From positions 1-36,304 of IMG/VR virus record IMGVR_UViG_3300044645_001802: 36,304 nucleotides of DNA, one strand, 5' to 3'. Source of the stretch: a virus. Lineage: Duplodnaviria; Caudoviricetes. Within the stretch, counting starts at the first letter, position 1. Each line of letters opens with the position of its first letter. The position numbers were made by a program, and so were the translations under genes. The notes beneath the pieces were generated by a model. It saw only the letters and a program-made list of their open reading frames with translations. It made no database searches and was not told the DNA's origin. This document shows positions 9,216 through 17,290 of the stretch, in pieces.

Positions 9216-10185
9216 CCACATCGACTTCACGCCGCCGGCCGGCGTGCGAGCCGAAGCACAGAAGGGACTCGATTGGCGAAGCGAGTACGGCCGCGGCGGC
9301 ACGGAAGTCGGCGTCGCCCGCGGTCGCGACCTGAGCAACGGAGTGAACATCAGTCCGGAGACGGCACGCCGAATGAAGGCGTACTTCGACCGGCACGAAG
9401 TAGACAAGCAGGGCAAGGGATGGTCGCCCGGTGAGGACGGGTTTCCGAGCAACGGCCGGATCGCGTGGGCCTTGTGGGGCAGCGATCCCGGCTGGGCTTG
9501 GAGTCGCAAACTGGTGGAACAGATGAACGCCGCAGACGAGGAGAACCGCAGCATGGCCGTTGAACGTCGCAGCCTGTACGAAGAGGAGAACGGCACGCTG
9601 CCGCTGCTCCGCATCGAGTCGCGGGCTGAAGAAGGCGCCGCCGAGTCGCAGTGGATTGTCGGCTACGCAGCCAAGTTCGGAGTCACCAGCCTCGACCTCG
9701 GTGATTTCCAAGAGCGGATTCACCCCGACGCGTTCGGCATCGTGTCCGAGCGGCGCGGCCGCAAGAAGCCGCTGGAGACGCGAGCGCTCTGGAACCACGA
9801 TGCGAATTTCCCCCTCGCCCGCTATCCCGGCACGCTGCGGATGAACGTGGACGAAGTCGGCCTGCGGTACGAGTTCCCTGTGCCGAACACGACGTACGGC
9901 CGCGACCTCGCCGCCAACATCGAAGCGGGCATCGTGCGGGGCAGTTCGTTCTCGTTTCAGATCGCCCCCGACGGCGAGGCATGGAGCGTGGAGGAAGGCC
10001 GCTCGATCCGCACGGTGACGCGGATTGACTCGCTGATCGACGTCGGCCCAGTGACTTTTCCTGCCTACCCGGCCGCGGATACGGCCGTCGCCAAGCGGTC
10101 GTTTGACGCGTTCCGTTCCAAGCGAATCGCCGTCGCCAGCCGGGCCGCTTCGTTCCGCGACTACCTGAGGCAGCATGGCCGCTAA
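9199..10185 (+). CDS. HK97-type prohead protease with an extra N-terminal domain
   Basis: IVGYAAKF, FQERIHPDAF, ALWNHD, GLRYEF, GSSFSF, DVGPVTFPAY; protease domain starts near 9553. Confidence 0.9.
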   Translation: MAARYDHIDFTPPAGVRAEAQKGLDWRSEYGRGGTEVGVARGRDLSNGVNISPETARRMKAYFDRHEVDKQGKGWSPGEDGFPSNGRIAWALWGSDPGWAWSRKLVEQMNAADEENRSMAVERRSLYEEENGTLPLLRIESRAEEGAAESQWIVGYAAKFGVTSLDLGDFQERIHPDAFGIVSERRGRKKPLETRALWNHDANFPLARYPGTLRMNVDEVGLRYEFPVPNTTYGRDLAANIEAGIVRGSSFSFQIAPDGEAWSVEEGRSIRTVTRIDSLIDVGPVTFPAYPAADTAVAKRSFDAFRSKRIAVASRAASFRDYLRQHGR

Positions 10186-10351
10186 ATCCGGCGACGTGTG
10201 CGAGCGGTGCCGCAAGGCCCGGCTCGGCGTCGTGTCGAGTCAGTCACGCGGCGAATACCAAACCCGCTACCTGCGGTGCGCCGCGTGTGGTGCGACGGCC
10301 AAGAGCGTCGTGCCTGCCGATGCGATTCGTCGCCGCAGTCTTACTACCTAG
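10175..10351 (+). CDS. 58-aa zinc-ribbon protein (Ogr/Delta-like), absent from ORF track
   Basis: Hand translation MAAKSGDVCERCRKARLGVVSSQSRGEYQTRYLRCAACGATAKSVV...; RBS GAGG; CxxC..RYLRCxxC. Confidence 0.7.
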   Translation: MAAKSGDVCERCRKARLGVVSSQSRGEYQTRYLRCAACGATAKSVVPADAIRRRSLTT

Positions 10352-10452
10352 TAAAGACCACCGTGCGGCATCTGGATGGGTGGCGTGGTGTATCCGTAGT
10401 TTGGCAGCAGGCGGCCAGTGGTGCCGCTGTCCGAACAACAGGAGCCGCGAAC

Positions 10453-11811
10453 GTGGACAAGATCAAGAAGCTGCTGGACGAACTCGCCGCCGTCGTCGCC
10501 GAGATGGAGACGATGACCGAGGCTCCCGCCGAGGGCGATGCCCCCGCGATGAGCGAGGAGCAGGAAGCGTCGCTCCGCAGCCTTGAGTCCCGTGCCGACA
10601 AGATCAAGGAGCAGATCGCGTTCTGCGAGCGGCTCGCCGTGAAGGAGAAGGAGATGCGGGCGATTCTGGAGCGTGCCGCTCCCGCCGCGAAGGTCGAGAC
10701 CGCCACCAAGCAGGAGACCGCCGCCGTGACCGAGAATCGCAGCAAGCCGTTCGCCGTCCCGAACCACGGCAGGCTCAAGGCATTCCGCTCGGCGGAAGCC
10801 GCCTACCGTGCCGGCCAGCACATTCGCGGCTACGTCCTCGGCGATGCCGAGGCCCGCCGGTGGTGTGCCGACCACAACGTCGAAAGCCGGGCGCAGGCCG
10901 GCGGCATCAACGCCCTCGGCGGTGTGCTGACCAGCGACGAGATGAGCACGGAAATCGTGCGACTTGTCGAGGAATTCGGGTCGTTCCCCGCGAACGCCAA
11001 GCGCGTTCCGATGAACTCCGACACCATGCTCGTCGCCCGCCGCAAGGGCGGGCTGGCGGCTCGGCCGATCGGTGAGAACGCCGCTCCCGACACCAGCGAC
11101 GTGACGTTCGACAACATCTCGCTCGTCGCGAAGATGTGGGGCATCGACAACCGCATTCCGAACTCGCTGCTGGAAGATTCCGTCATCGACCTCGCAGACG
11201 CGATGGCCGTCGAGGTGGCTCAGGCGTTCGCCGAAGCCTTCGACAACGCCGGCTGGATCGGCACCGGGGCGCTGGCTTCGTATCACGGCGTGGTTGGTGC
11301 GTCGGTGGGGATCGACGACGGCACCCACACCCGCAGCGTGGTTTCGGCTGGCTCCACCCGCAACACGTTCGAGTCCCTCAACCTCACCGACTTCACGAAC
11401 ACGGTGGCTCGCCTGCCGGTGTTCGCGAGGCGGAACGCCAAGTGGTACATCAGCCCGGCCGGCTACGGCTCCGCGATGCTGCGGCTCATGGTTGCGGCCT
11501 CGGGCAACAACGTGGCCGACGTGGCCGGCGGTGCTGGGCTTCAGTTCCTCGGCTTCCCGGTGGTGCTGGCGCAGCCGCTCCAGAGCAACCTGACCGGGAC
11601 GGGCAGCACGATCGCCTGCATGTTCGGCGACCTGTCGCAAGCCGCGACGTTCGGCGAGCGGCGAGCGATCAGCATCAAGACCTCGACCGAGCGGTTCATC
11701 GAACTGGACCAGACCCTGACGTTCGCCACGACCCGCAACGCGATCGTCATTAACGACCTGGGAGACAACTCCAAGGCCGGCCCGCTCGTCGCCCTCAAGT
11801 TCGCCGCCTGA
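10453..11811 (+). CDS. Major capsid protein, HK97 fold, with N-terminal delta (scaffold) domain
   Basis: RBS AGGAG before GTG 10453; coiled-coil N-terminus; GGVLT, PNSLLEDS, FLGFPVV, FGDLS motifs. Confidence 0.92.
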   Translation: MDKIKKLLDELAAVVAEMETMTEAPAEGDAPAMSEEQEASLRSLESRADKIKEQIAFCERLAVKEKEMRAILERAAPAAKVETATKQETAAVTENRSKPFAVPNHGRLKAFRSAEAAYRAGQHIRGYVLGDAEARRWCADHNVESRAQAGGINALGGVLTSDEMSTEIVRLVEEFGSFPANAKRVPMNSDTMLVARRKGGLAARPIGENAAPDTSDVTFDNISLVAKMWGIDNRIPNSLLEDSVIDLADAMAVEVAQAFAEAFDNAGWIGTGALASYHGVVGASVGIDDGTHTRSVVSAGSTRNTFESLNLTDFTNTVARLPVFARRNAKWYISPAGYGSAMLRLMVAASGNNVADVAGGAGLQFLGFPVVLAQPLQSNLTGTGSTIACMFGDLSQAATFGERRAISIKTSTERFIELDQTLTFATTRNAIVINDLGDNSKAGPLVALKFAA

Positions 11812-11836
11812 CCCTGACTCAAGGAGACCCTGACCA

Positions 11837-12289
11837 GTGAATCACGTTGAAAACACCCGCAGCGTTGCGTCTGGCGTCGCGACCGGTTCTTCGGTTGCCG
11901 GCGGCACCGTGGCCCTGACGGTTGACACGCTGGGCTACGGCTACCTGTCGGTCGATGCGGTGTATTCCACCTGCGTCGTCGCCTCGGCCGTTGCCTCCAT
12001 CTTCACGCTGGAAGCGGCCGACACGACCGCCGCGCTCGCCACGTACACGGCGACCTACGGCTCCGTGACGGCGGTGACCAGCGTGGCGAACACCGCGGCG
12101 GCTCAGACCTCGACGCCGACGATCATGCGGTTCGACTTCGACCTGCGTGGCAAGCCGCGGTATATCCGGTTCGCCACCGCTCCCAACGACACCAACGCCC
12201 GCGCGGTCATCGTGGGCCGGCTGTCGAAGGGTGCCGACGGCCCCGACTCGGCCGACGAGAAGAACACCCGCCTCAAGTTTTCCAACTGA
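11837..12289 (+). CDS. Putative capsid decoration/cement protein
   Basis: RBS AAGGAG; directly after the capsid gene; VDTLGY, DLRGKPRYIR motifs; Thr/Ala rich. Confidence 0.6.
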   Translation: MNHVENTRSVASGVATGSSVAGGTVALTVDTLGYGYLSVDAVYSTCVVASAVASIFTLEAADTTAALATYTATYGSVTAVTSVANTAAAQTSTPTIMRFDFDLRGKPRYIRFATAPNDTNARAVIVGRLSKGADGPDSADEKNTRLKFSN

Positions 12290-12313
12290 AAAACTTGACA
12301 CCCTCCCGACACT

Positions 12314-12358
12314 GATGGCGGGGCAGGCATCAGACCTGCCCCGCCATCGCGTTTTTTT
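12314..12358 (+). terminator. Intrinsic terminator after the capsid operon
   Basis: 14-bp perfect stem GATGGCGGGGCAGG / CCTGCCCCGCCATC, 7-nt loop, then GCG and T7. Confidence 0.8.
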
Positions 12359-12368
12359 GGAGGCATTC

Positions 12369-13103
12369 ATGCTGGTCAAAGTCGGCGGAACGGACGTTGA
12401 GGTGCGGGTCGAGTGCGTGCTCTCGGCTCCGCGGTTCGGTCCCTTGGCGAACGTGTTCGGCTGGATTCAGGCGTTGATGCCGCTTCATATTCGCCCGACG
12501 CTCGGGCAGGGGGCGCTGTGGGGGCAGGTGCTGGCTCGCCTGCTCGACCAGTTCAAGGACACGACCGAGTACATTCTTTGCACCGACTACGACTCGTTTT
12601 GGGATCAGCGAGTTGTCGAGGAACTCATCGCGACCGCGATGGTGTTTCAGTGCGACGCGATCGCCCCGCTTCAGGTCAAGCGGGAGGACGGCCGCCCCAT
12701 GTTCACGCTCCTGAACACGCTCGACAACCCGCCGCCGAACGGGCAGACCGAACTGGACATGTCGTGGTTCGCCCAGCCGGTGCAGGAAGTGGACAGCGCC
12801 CACTTCGGCTGCACGGTCATTTCAACGCGGGCGCTACGGCGAACGCTCAAGCCGTGGTTCCAAGATCAGCCGAACGAGGCCGGCGACTTCTCCGACGGGC
12901 GTACCGATGCGGACATTTGGTTCTGGAAGCAATTCAAGAAGTCGGGCAACAAGCTCTACATCTCGCCGCGAACGTGCATCGGGCACGGGGAGTACGTGGC
13001 GGTCTGGCCGGGGCAGCAACTCCAGAAGCCTGTGTACCAGTACCTCTCGGACTACCAGGCCAACGGCAAGCCGAAAACTGCATGGAGCGTACCCCAATCG
13101 TGA
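12369..13103 (+). CDS. GT-A (family 2-like) glycosyltransferase
   Basis: RBS GGAGG; YILCTDYD (DxD), EVDSAHFGCTVIS, DADIWFW, IGHGE. Confidence 0.75.
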   Translation: MLVKVGGTDVEVRVECVLSAPRFGPLANVFGWIQALMPLHIRPTLGQGALWGQVLARLLDQFKDTTEYILCTDYDSFWDQRVVEELIATAMVFQCDAIAPLQVKREDGRPMFTLLNTLDNPPPNGQTELDMSWFAQPVQEVDSAHFGCTVISTRALRRTLKPWFQDQPNEAGDFSDGRTDADIWFWKQFKKSGNKLYISPRTCIGHGEYVAVWPGQQLQKPVYQYLSDYQANGKPKTAWSVPQS

Positions 13104-13333
13104 GAATACGTCTGACGAGAAACTACTCGACCTACAGCGTCGGAACCGTGATTGACATCGAGCCGCCGGCGCTGGCTGACCGGCTCGTTGCCGATGGCGT
13201 GGCCGTCGTTGAAAGCCAGCGTGCCCTGTTCGTGGAGCAGGCCACCGCTGAACCCGCCGCCGAGCAGGCGGCTCTGACACCGCGACGAGGACGCCCGCCC
13301 CGTGCAATATCGCAGCCTGAACACGACGGTTGA
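13100..13333 (+). CDS. Small head-associated hypothetical protein
   Basis: GTGA coupling; RIRLTRNY..Y.VG.VIDI...LADRLVADGVA followed by a low-complexity tail. Confidence 0.6.
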   Translation: MRIRLTRNYSTYSVGTVIDIEPPALADRLVADGVAVVESQRALFVEQATAEPAAEQAALTPRRGRPPRAISQPEHDG

Positions 13334-13898
13334 GCCTGCCGCCGCACCGGTGACGCTCGCGGAGGCCAAGGCTCACCTGCGGGTGGACGTTTCGACCGAC
13401 GACACCTACATCTCTGCGTTGGTCAACGCCGCGACCGAGTACGCAGAGACGTACACCAACGAGTGTTTCGTGCATCGCAAACTGCGGATGCGGATGGACT
13501 TTTTCCCTACGGAAATCGAACTGCCCCGCCCGCCGATGGCGACGGCCGGCACGACTACGGTGGTGACGATCACCTACACGCTCGCCAGCGGATCGACCAC
13601 GACGCTTGCCGAGAATCGCTACCGAGTGGACCGCGACTCGACGCCGGGCGTGCTGCGGTTCAACTACGGCGGTTCGTGGCCGGAACACCTCAGCGACTAC
13701 AACGCCGTCACCGTGGACTGGTGGGCCGGCCGCGGGGCCGACGGCGCGGCAACTTCGCAGCGGGTCAAGAACGCGATCCTGTGGATCGTCGGCCTGTGGT
13801 ACGAGCGGCGAATGGCGGCCGACAACTTGCAGGCCAACGAGATTCCTTTCGGCGTCAAGGCGTTGCTCGATTCTGCAAAGTGGGGAGCATACGGATGA
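13302..13898 (+). CDS. Head-tail connector (HK97 gp6-like)
   Basis: PVTLAEAKAHLRVD..DDTYISALV.AA.EYAE, AIL..VG.WYERR, IPFGVKALL. Confidence 0.9.
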   Translation: MQYRSLNTTVEPAAAPVTLAEAKAHLRVDVSTDDTYISALVNAATEYAETYTNECFVHRKLRMRMDFFPTEIELPRPPMATAGTTTVVTITYTLASGSTTTLAENRYRVDRDSTPGVLRFNYGGSWPEHLSDYNAVTVDWWAGRGADGAATSQRVKNAILWIVGLWYERRMAADNLQANEIPFGVKALLDSAKWGAYG

Positions 13899-14281
13899 GC
13901 GTCGAAGGACGGATCACGGTCGATGCCTTGTTCCACGACGCTGACGGCACGGCGTCCCTCAAGGTGTTGTCGCTGGAGTCGTCGATGGCGTTCGACGCGG
14001 GAGTCGTCGCCGTGGTCAGCGGCACCGCCGGCACCGCTACCGCGGCCGTCTCGACGGCGTCGTACCGCAACGCGGCCGGGGCGACGGTATCGCTGTCCGC
14101 GACCCGGCTGGCGTTCGTGTCCGACAACGAGGCCCACTGTCAGGCGGCCGGCAACCGGCCGGCGCTGTTCACCAGCGGAGGGCAGGTGGCGGTGACGAAG
14201 ATGCCAGCCGGCACGCTGTTCTACGTATTCACGACTGCCGGCACAGCGACCTACCGACTGCTCATGTGGGGGGAGACGTGA
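13895..14281 (+). CDS. Hypothetical beta-rich virion protein
   Basis: RBS GGAG; coupled to both neighbours by ATGA/GTGA overlaps. Confidence 0.7.
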   Translation: MSVEGRITVDALFHDADGTASLKVLSLESSMAFDAGVVAVVSGTAGTATAAVSTASYRNAAGATVSLSATRLAFVSDNEAHCQAAGNRPALFTSGGQVAVTKMPAGTLFYVFTTAGTATYRLLMWGET

Positions 14282-14598
14282 TCGATCCCGGCCGGCTCCG
14301 CGAGCGGGTGACGATCCAGCAGGCCGCCGAGACGCGGAACCGGCTTGGCGAAAGCGTGTCGTCGTGGTCCACGTTCGCGGAGCGGTGGGCGAGCGTCGAA
14401 GGCCTGTCGGGCCGCGAAGTGCTTCAGGCTGGGCAGCAGCAGACCGAGGTCACGCACCGCGTGCGGCTGCGGTACGTGGGTGGGCTCAAGGCCACGATGC
14501 GGATTCTGTGGCGCGGCCGCACGCTGGAAATCACGTCGCTTCTGGAACACAACAACCGGAGCGAACACGAACTGCTCTGCGCGGAGGCCGTGGTATGA
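14278..14598 (+). CDS. Head closure / head-tail adaptor (SPP1 gp16-like)
   Basis: GRLRERVTIQ, WASVEGLSGRE, THRVRLRY, MRILWRGR. Confidence 0.9.
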   Translation: MIDPGRLRERVTIQQAAETRNRLGESVSSWSTFAERWASVEGLSGREVLQAGQQQTEVTHRVRLRYVGGLKATMRILWRGRTLEITSLLEHNNRSEHELLCAEAVV

Positions 14599-15380
14599 GC
14601 ATCGTTGGCATCAGCCTGCGGGCGAACATCGCGGAACTGCGGCAGTTGCAGGAAGGGCTCACGACGCTTTTCACTCCGCAAAAAAACGCCGAGACCACGG
14701 CGGCTGCGATTCGCAAGGCCGTGCGGCCCGTCTTGCAGCGGCTTGAGGAGATCACGCCGGTCGGCCCCACGGGCAACCTGAAGCGAGCGGCCGCGCTCAA
14801 GGTCGTGCGGTACAACCGCGATGGCGTCGCGGTCGGCCTTGTCGGCTACCGGCGTGCCGGTGCGGCGGAATCGACGAGCGCGGCTGGCGGCTCGGTTCGC
14901 GCCAGCAAGGACCGGGCATTCCACCAGTGGTTTGTCGAGCAGGGAACGCGGGACCGGTTCGTGGGGAAACTGGCTGACAAGCCGTTCACCCGCAAGTCCC
15001 ACACCCGCCGCTACCGAAACGGCACGACGGTCGAGGTGCAGCAGCATCAAGTCAAGGGGCAGGGGGCAGTCATCGCGTCGTCATTCAACCGGCTCGGCCC
15101 TTTCAAGGTGGTCAGGGCTGGTGACGGCGAAAGTGGTGGCGGCCGCGTCCAGACCGACCCCGCGTACCCGCGAGCGTTTTTCAAGAAGGGGAAAAAGGGC
15201 GAGACGGCGATCAAGATCAACGCGTCGCCGCCCGGCGGCCGCGCCGGCGTGCCGCCGCTCAAGACCGCGTGGGACCAGACCCGCCCCGCCGTGGCTGAAA
15301 TACTTGTCCGCGAACTCCGCATCTCGATGGAGCAGGCCGTCGCTGCCCTGCGGACGTTCGCCGGCGCCCTCGGAGATTGA
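14595..15380 (+). CDS. HK97 gp10-like tail completion protein (with insertions)
   Basis: TPVGPTGNLKRA, FHQWFVEQGT, PPLKTAWD; gene position. Confidence 0.75.
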   Translation: MSIVGISLRANIAELRQLQEGLTTLFTPQKNAETTAAAIRKAVRPVLQRLEEITPVGPTGNLKRAAALKVVRYNRDGVAVGLVGYRRAGAAESTSAAGGSVRASKDRAFHQWFVEQGTRDRFVGKLADKPFTRKSHTRRYRNGTTVEVQQHQVKGQGAVIASSFNRLGPFKVVRAGDGESGGGRVQTDPAYPRAFFKKGKKGETAIKINASPPGGRAGVPPLKTAWDQTRPAVAEILVRELRISMEQAVAALRTFAGALGD

Positions 15381-15383
15381 CTC

Positions 15384-15815
15384 ATGCCGGTCCCCCGCAC
15401 TCCCGAGGCCGTGCTGGCAGACACGCTCGCGGCCAGCCCCGCCACCGCCCGGCTGCTGGGCTTCCGCGTGTACCCGCTGCTGGCCCCTGAGGCGGCCCCG
15501 CTGCCGTTTGCGACGTGGAGGCGGGTGTCGGTGCAGCGGCCCGACGCCACGCTCTCAGGGCCGTCCAGCATGGCTACGGTGCAGATGGCCCTGGAACTCT
15601 ACGCCGCGACCTACGAGGCGGTCCGCGAACTGGCCGACGCCTGCCGGGGCAGTCTGGATGGGTGGTACGTCCATCGGAATACTTCAGTAGACATCCGCAA
15701 CGTCACGCTGATCGGCGAAACAGACGGCATCGTGACGCTTGCGGGGGGCGAAGCCCCGCCCGTATACGCGGTCACGCAGACGTATTCCATATTCTGGAAG
15801 GAGAATGAATCGTGA
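15384..15815 (+). CDS. Tail terminator (DUF3168-like)
   Basis: RVYPLLAPEAAPLPFATW, ELYAATYEAVRELADA..LDG. Confidence 0.8.
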   Translation: MPVPRTPEAVLADTLAASPATARLLGFRVYPLLAPEAAPLPFATWRRVSVQRPDATLSGPSSMATVQMALELYAATYEAVRELADACRGSLDGWYVHRNTSVDIRNVTLIGETDGIVTLAGGEAPPVYAVTQTYSIFWKENES

Positions 15816-16246
15816 GTCAGACCCCGCACGACGGAACGGGAACGGTGCTTCGCTTCGGCGCGTCCCTCTACACGGTGACGAACATCGTCATCAGCAACAC
15901 GAACCCTGCCGCGGCGGCCGACGCGCAGATCGACATCGCGCATCTCGGCCAGACGACCGGCGAGCAGGCGCTGCGGATGAACCGGCCGCTCGTCATTCCG
16001 GCCGAGGACGGCTCGTCCGGTCGGCAGATCACCTTCGACTACTACGGCCGCACGATCCTGCTGGACGGAGCGACGGGCACGGTCCTCATCACGGTGGGCG
16101 GCACGGCTCTGATCGGAGCGACCGCCGCGACTCCGGCCACGGCGTTCTTCGCCACGGTGGCAAGCGCTCAGCTCACGCTGGCGACGAACGACGTTGTTCG
16201 CGGTCAGGCCGTGCTGAGCCTCGTTCGGACCGGTTCGCTGACCTGA
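15812..16246 (+). CDS. Putative tail tube protein
   Basis: Follows tail terminator; RBS AAGGAG; GTGTVLRFG, IDIAHLG, GRQITFDYYG, VVRGQAVL. Confidence 0.55.
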   Translation: MSQTPHDGTGTVLRFGASLYTVTNIVISNTNPAAAADAQIDIAHLGQTTGEQALRMNRPLVIPAEDGSSGRQITFDYYGRTILLDGATGTVLITVGGTALIGATAATPATAFFATVASAQLTLATNDVVRGQAVLSLVRTGSLT

Positions 16247-16264
16247 CCATGACGAGGAGTCGTC

Positions 16265-16624
16265 GTGGCAATTCCGATTCAGGGCTGCACCGTGACGTGG
16301 GGAACTGCCACGCTCACGGAAGTGCGAGCGGTTGAGATCGACTTGCAGCGCGGTCCGCCGCGGGGCCGCACGACCATCTGGACGCTCGACCTCGGGCAGA
16401 TTCGCGTACAGACCTTCGGTGTCGGCGAGGTGCCTGACTCCGAATACGGCAAGCGGAAGCGGCTCACGGTGAAATGCCCGGTCGGCACGGCGACGCCGCT
16501 CACGCTCCACGACTCCGACTGCATCTACCAAGACCGCGGCACGCAGTTGGAACCCAACGGCGTCGTCACGCTTGCCCTCTCGTTTAGGGTGATGGACACC
16601 GTTGGTGCCCCATCAAACCCGTAA
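16265..16624 (+). CDS. Second tail-tube-like protein
   Basis: RBS GAGGAG; QGCTVTWG..LTEV, DLGQIRV, NGVVTLALSFRV. Confidence 0.5.
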   Translation: MAIPIQGCTVTWGTATLTEVRAVEIDLQRGPPRGRTTIWTLDLGQIRVQTFGVGEVPDSEYGKRKRLTVKCPVGTATPLTLHDSDCIYQDRGTQLEPNGVVTLALSFRVMDTVGAPSNP

Positions 16625-16634
16625 GGAACACACC

Positions 16635-16982
16635 ATGTCCGCGTTGACCGCTGCACAGATTCTTTCCGCCGATGACCTCGGGCTGCTCAAGGTTGCCGTG
16701 CCTGAATGGGGCGGCGACGTTTTCATCCGCGTCATGAGCGTCGGAGAGCGTGACGACTACGAGCGGCTGTGGATCGGCAAGAAGGAAACCGGCATCGCCA
16801 ACTTCCGCACGAAGTACCTTCAGCGGGTGCTGTGCGACGAGAGCGGGGCGCTGCTGTTTACCAACGAGCAGGTCGAGGCACTCGCGGCCAAGAGCGGCGC
16901 GGTCCTCGGGCGGCTGTTCGACAAGGCATCGGCCCACAACGCGATGAGCGAGAAGGACGTGGTGGAACTGGGAAAATCCTGA
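16635..16982 (+). CDS. Tail assembly chaperone (gpG-like)
   Basis: RBS AAGGA; ILSADD..VAVPEWGG.VFIRVMS..ERDDYE, LCDESG.LLF. Confidence 0.85.
   Translation: MSALTAAQILSADDLGLLKVAVPEWGGDVFIRVMSVGERDDYERLWIGKKETGIANFRTKYLQRVLCDESGALLFTNEQVEALAAKSGAVLGRLFDKASAHNAMSEKDVVELGKS
16970..16976 (+). other. -1 programmed frameshift slippery site G GGA AAA
   Basis: X XXY YYZ heptamer just before the chaperone stop; -1 frame continues ILNVSPTRRFMLRLA to 17287. Confidence 0.8.
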
Positions 16983-17287
16983 ACGTCTCTCCAACGCGGC
17001 GGTTCATGTTGCGGCTTGCTGCCACCCTGCACATGACCGCTCGCGAACTCGGAGAGCGGATGGACAGCCGGGAGTTTTCGGAATGGATTGCACTCGACCG
17101 CTACTTCTGCCCGCTACCCGACCCGTGGCGTCAGACTTCGCTCGTCGCCACGTCGATGTTGGCCCCGCACTGCAAGGAGACGCTCAAGCCCGATTCGTTT
17201 GTCCCCGTGGAAAAACCGCCGCAGCACGCGTCGCAGGACTTGTCGGCGATTCTGGAACTGCGACGACAACTGGGCATCGTTGAGTAA
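16976..17287 (+). CDS. Frameshifted (gpT-like) part of the tail assembly chaperone
   Basis: RFMLRLAATLHMTARELGERMDSREFSEWIA..PLPDPW; lies between gpG-like gene and tape measure. Confidence 0.8.
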   Translation: MLNVSPTRRFMLRLAATLHMTARELGERMDSREFSEWIALDRYFCPLPDPWRQTSLVATSMLAPHCKETLKPDSFVPVEKPPQHASQDLSAILELRRQLGIVE

Positions 17288-17290
17288 GTC

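Noticed and set aside
10431-10438. CCGAACAA before the capsid RBS, complementary to the early repeat
   Set aside because: Only 8 nt; a similar match occurs inside the TET gene near 3637, so chance is adequate
10198-10452. Upstream extensions given by the ORF track (capsid 10198, GT 12147, desaturase 26293, helicase 34362 and others)
   Set aside because: They overlap other genes and lack an RBS; downstream starts have clear Shine-Dalgarno sequences or stop-start coupling
12295-12300. TTGACA after the decoration gene
   Set aside because: No -10 hexamer at 16-18 bp; that position falls inside the terminator stem
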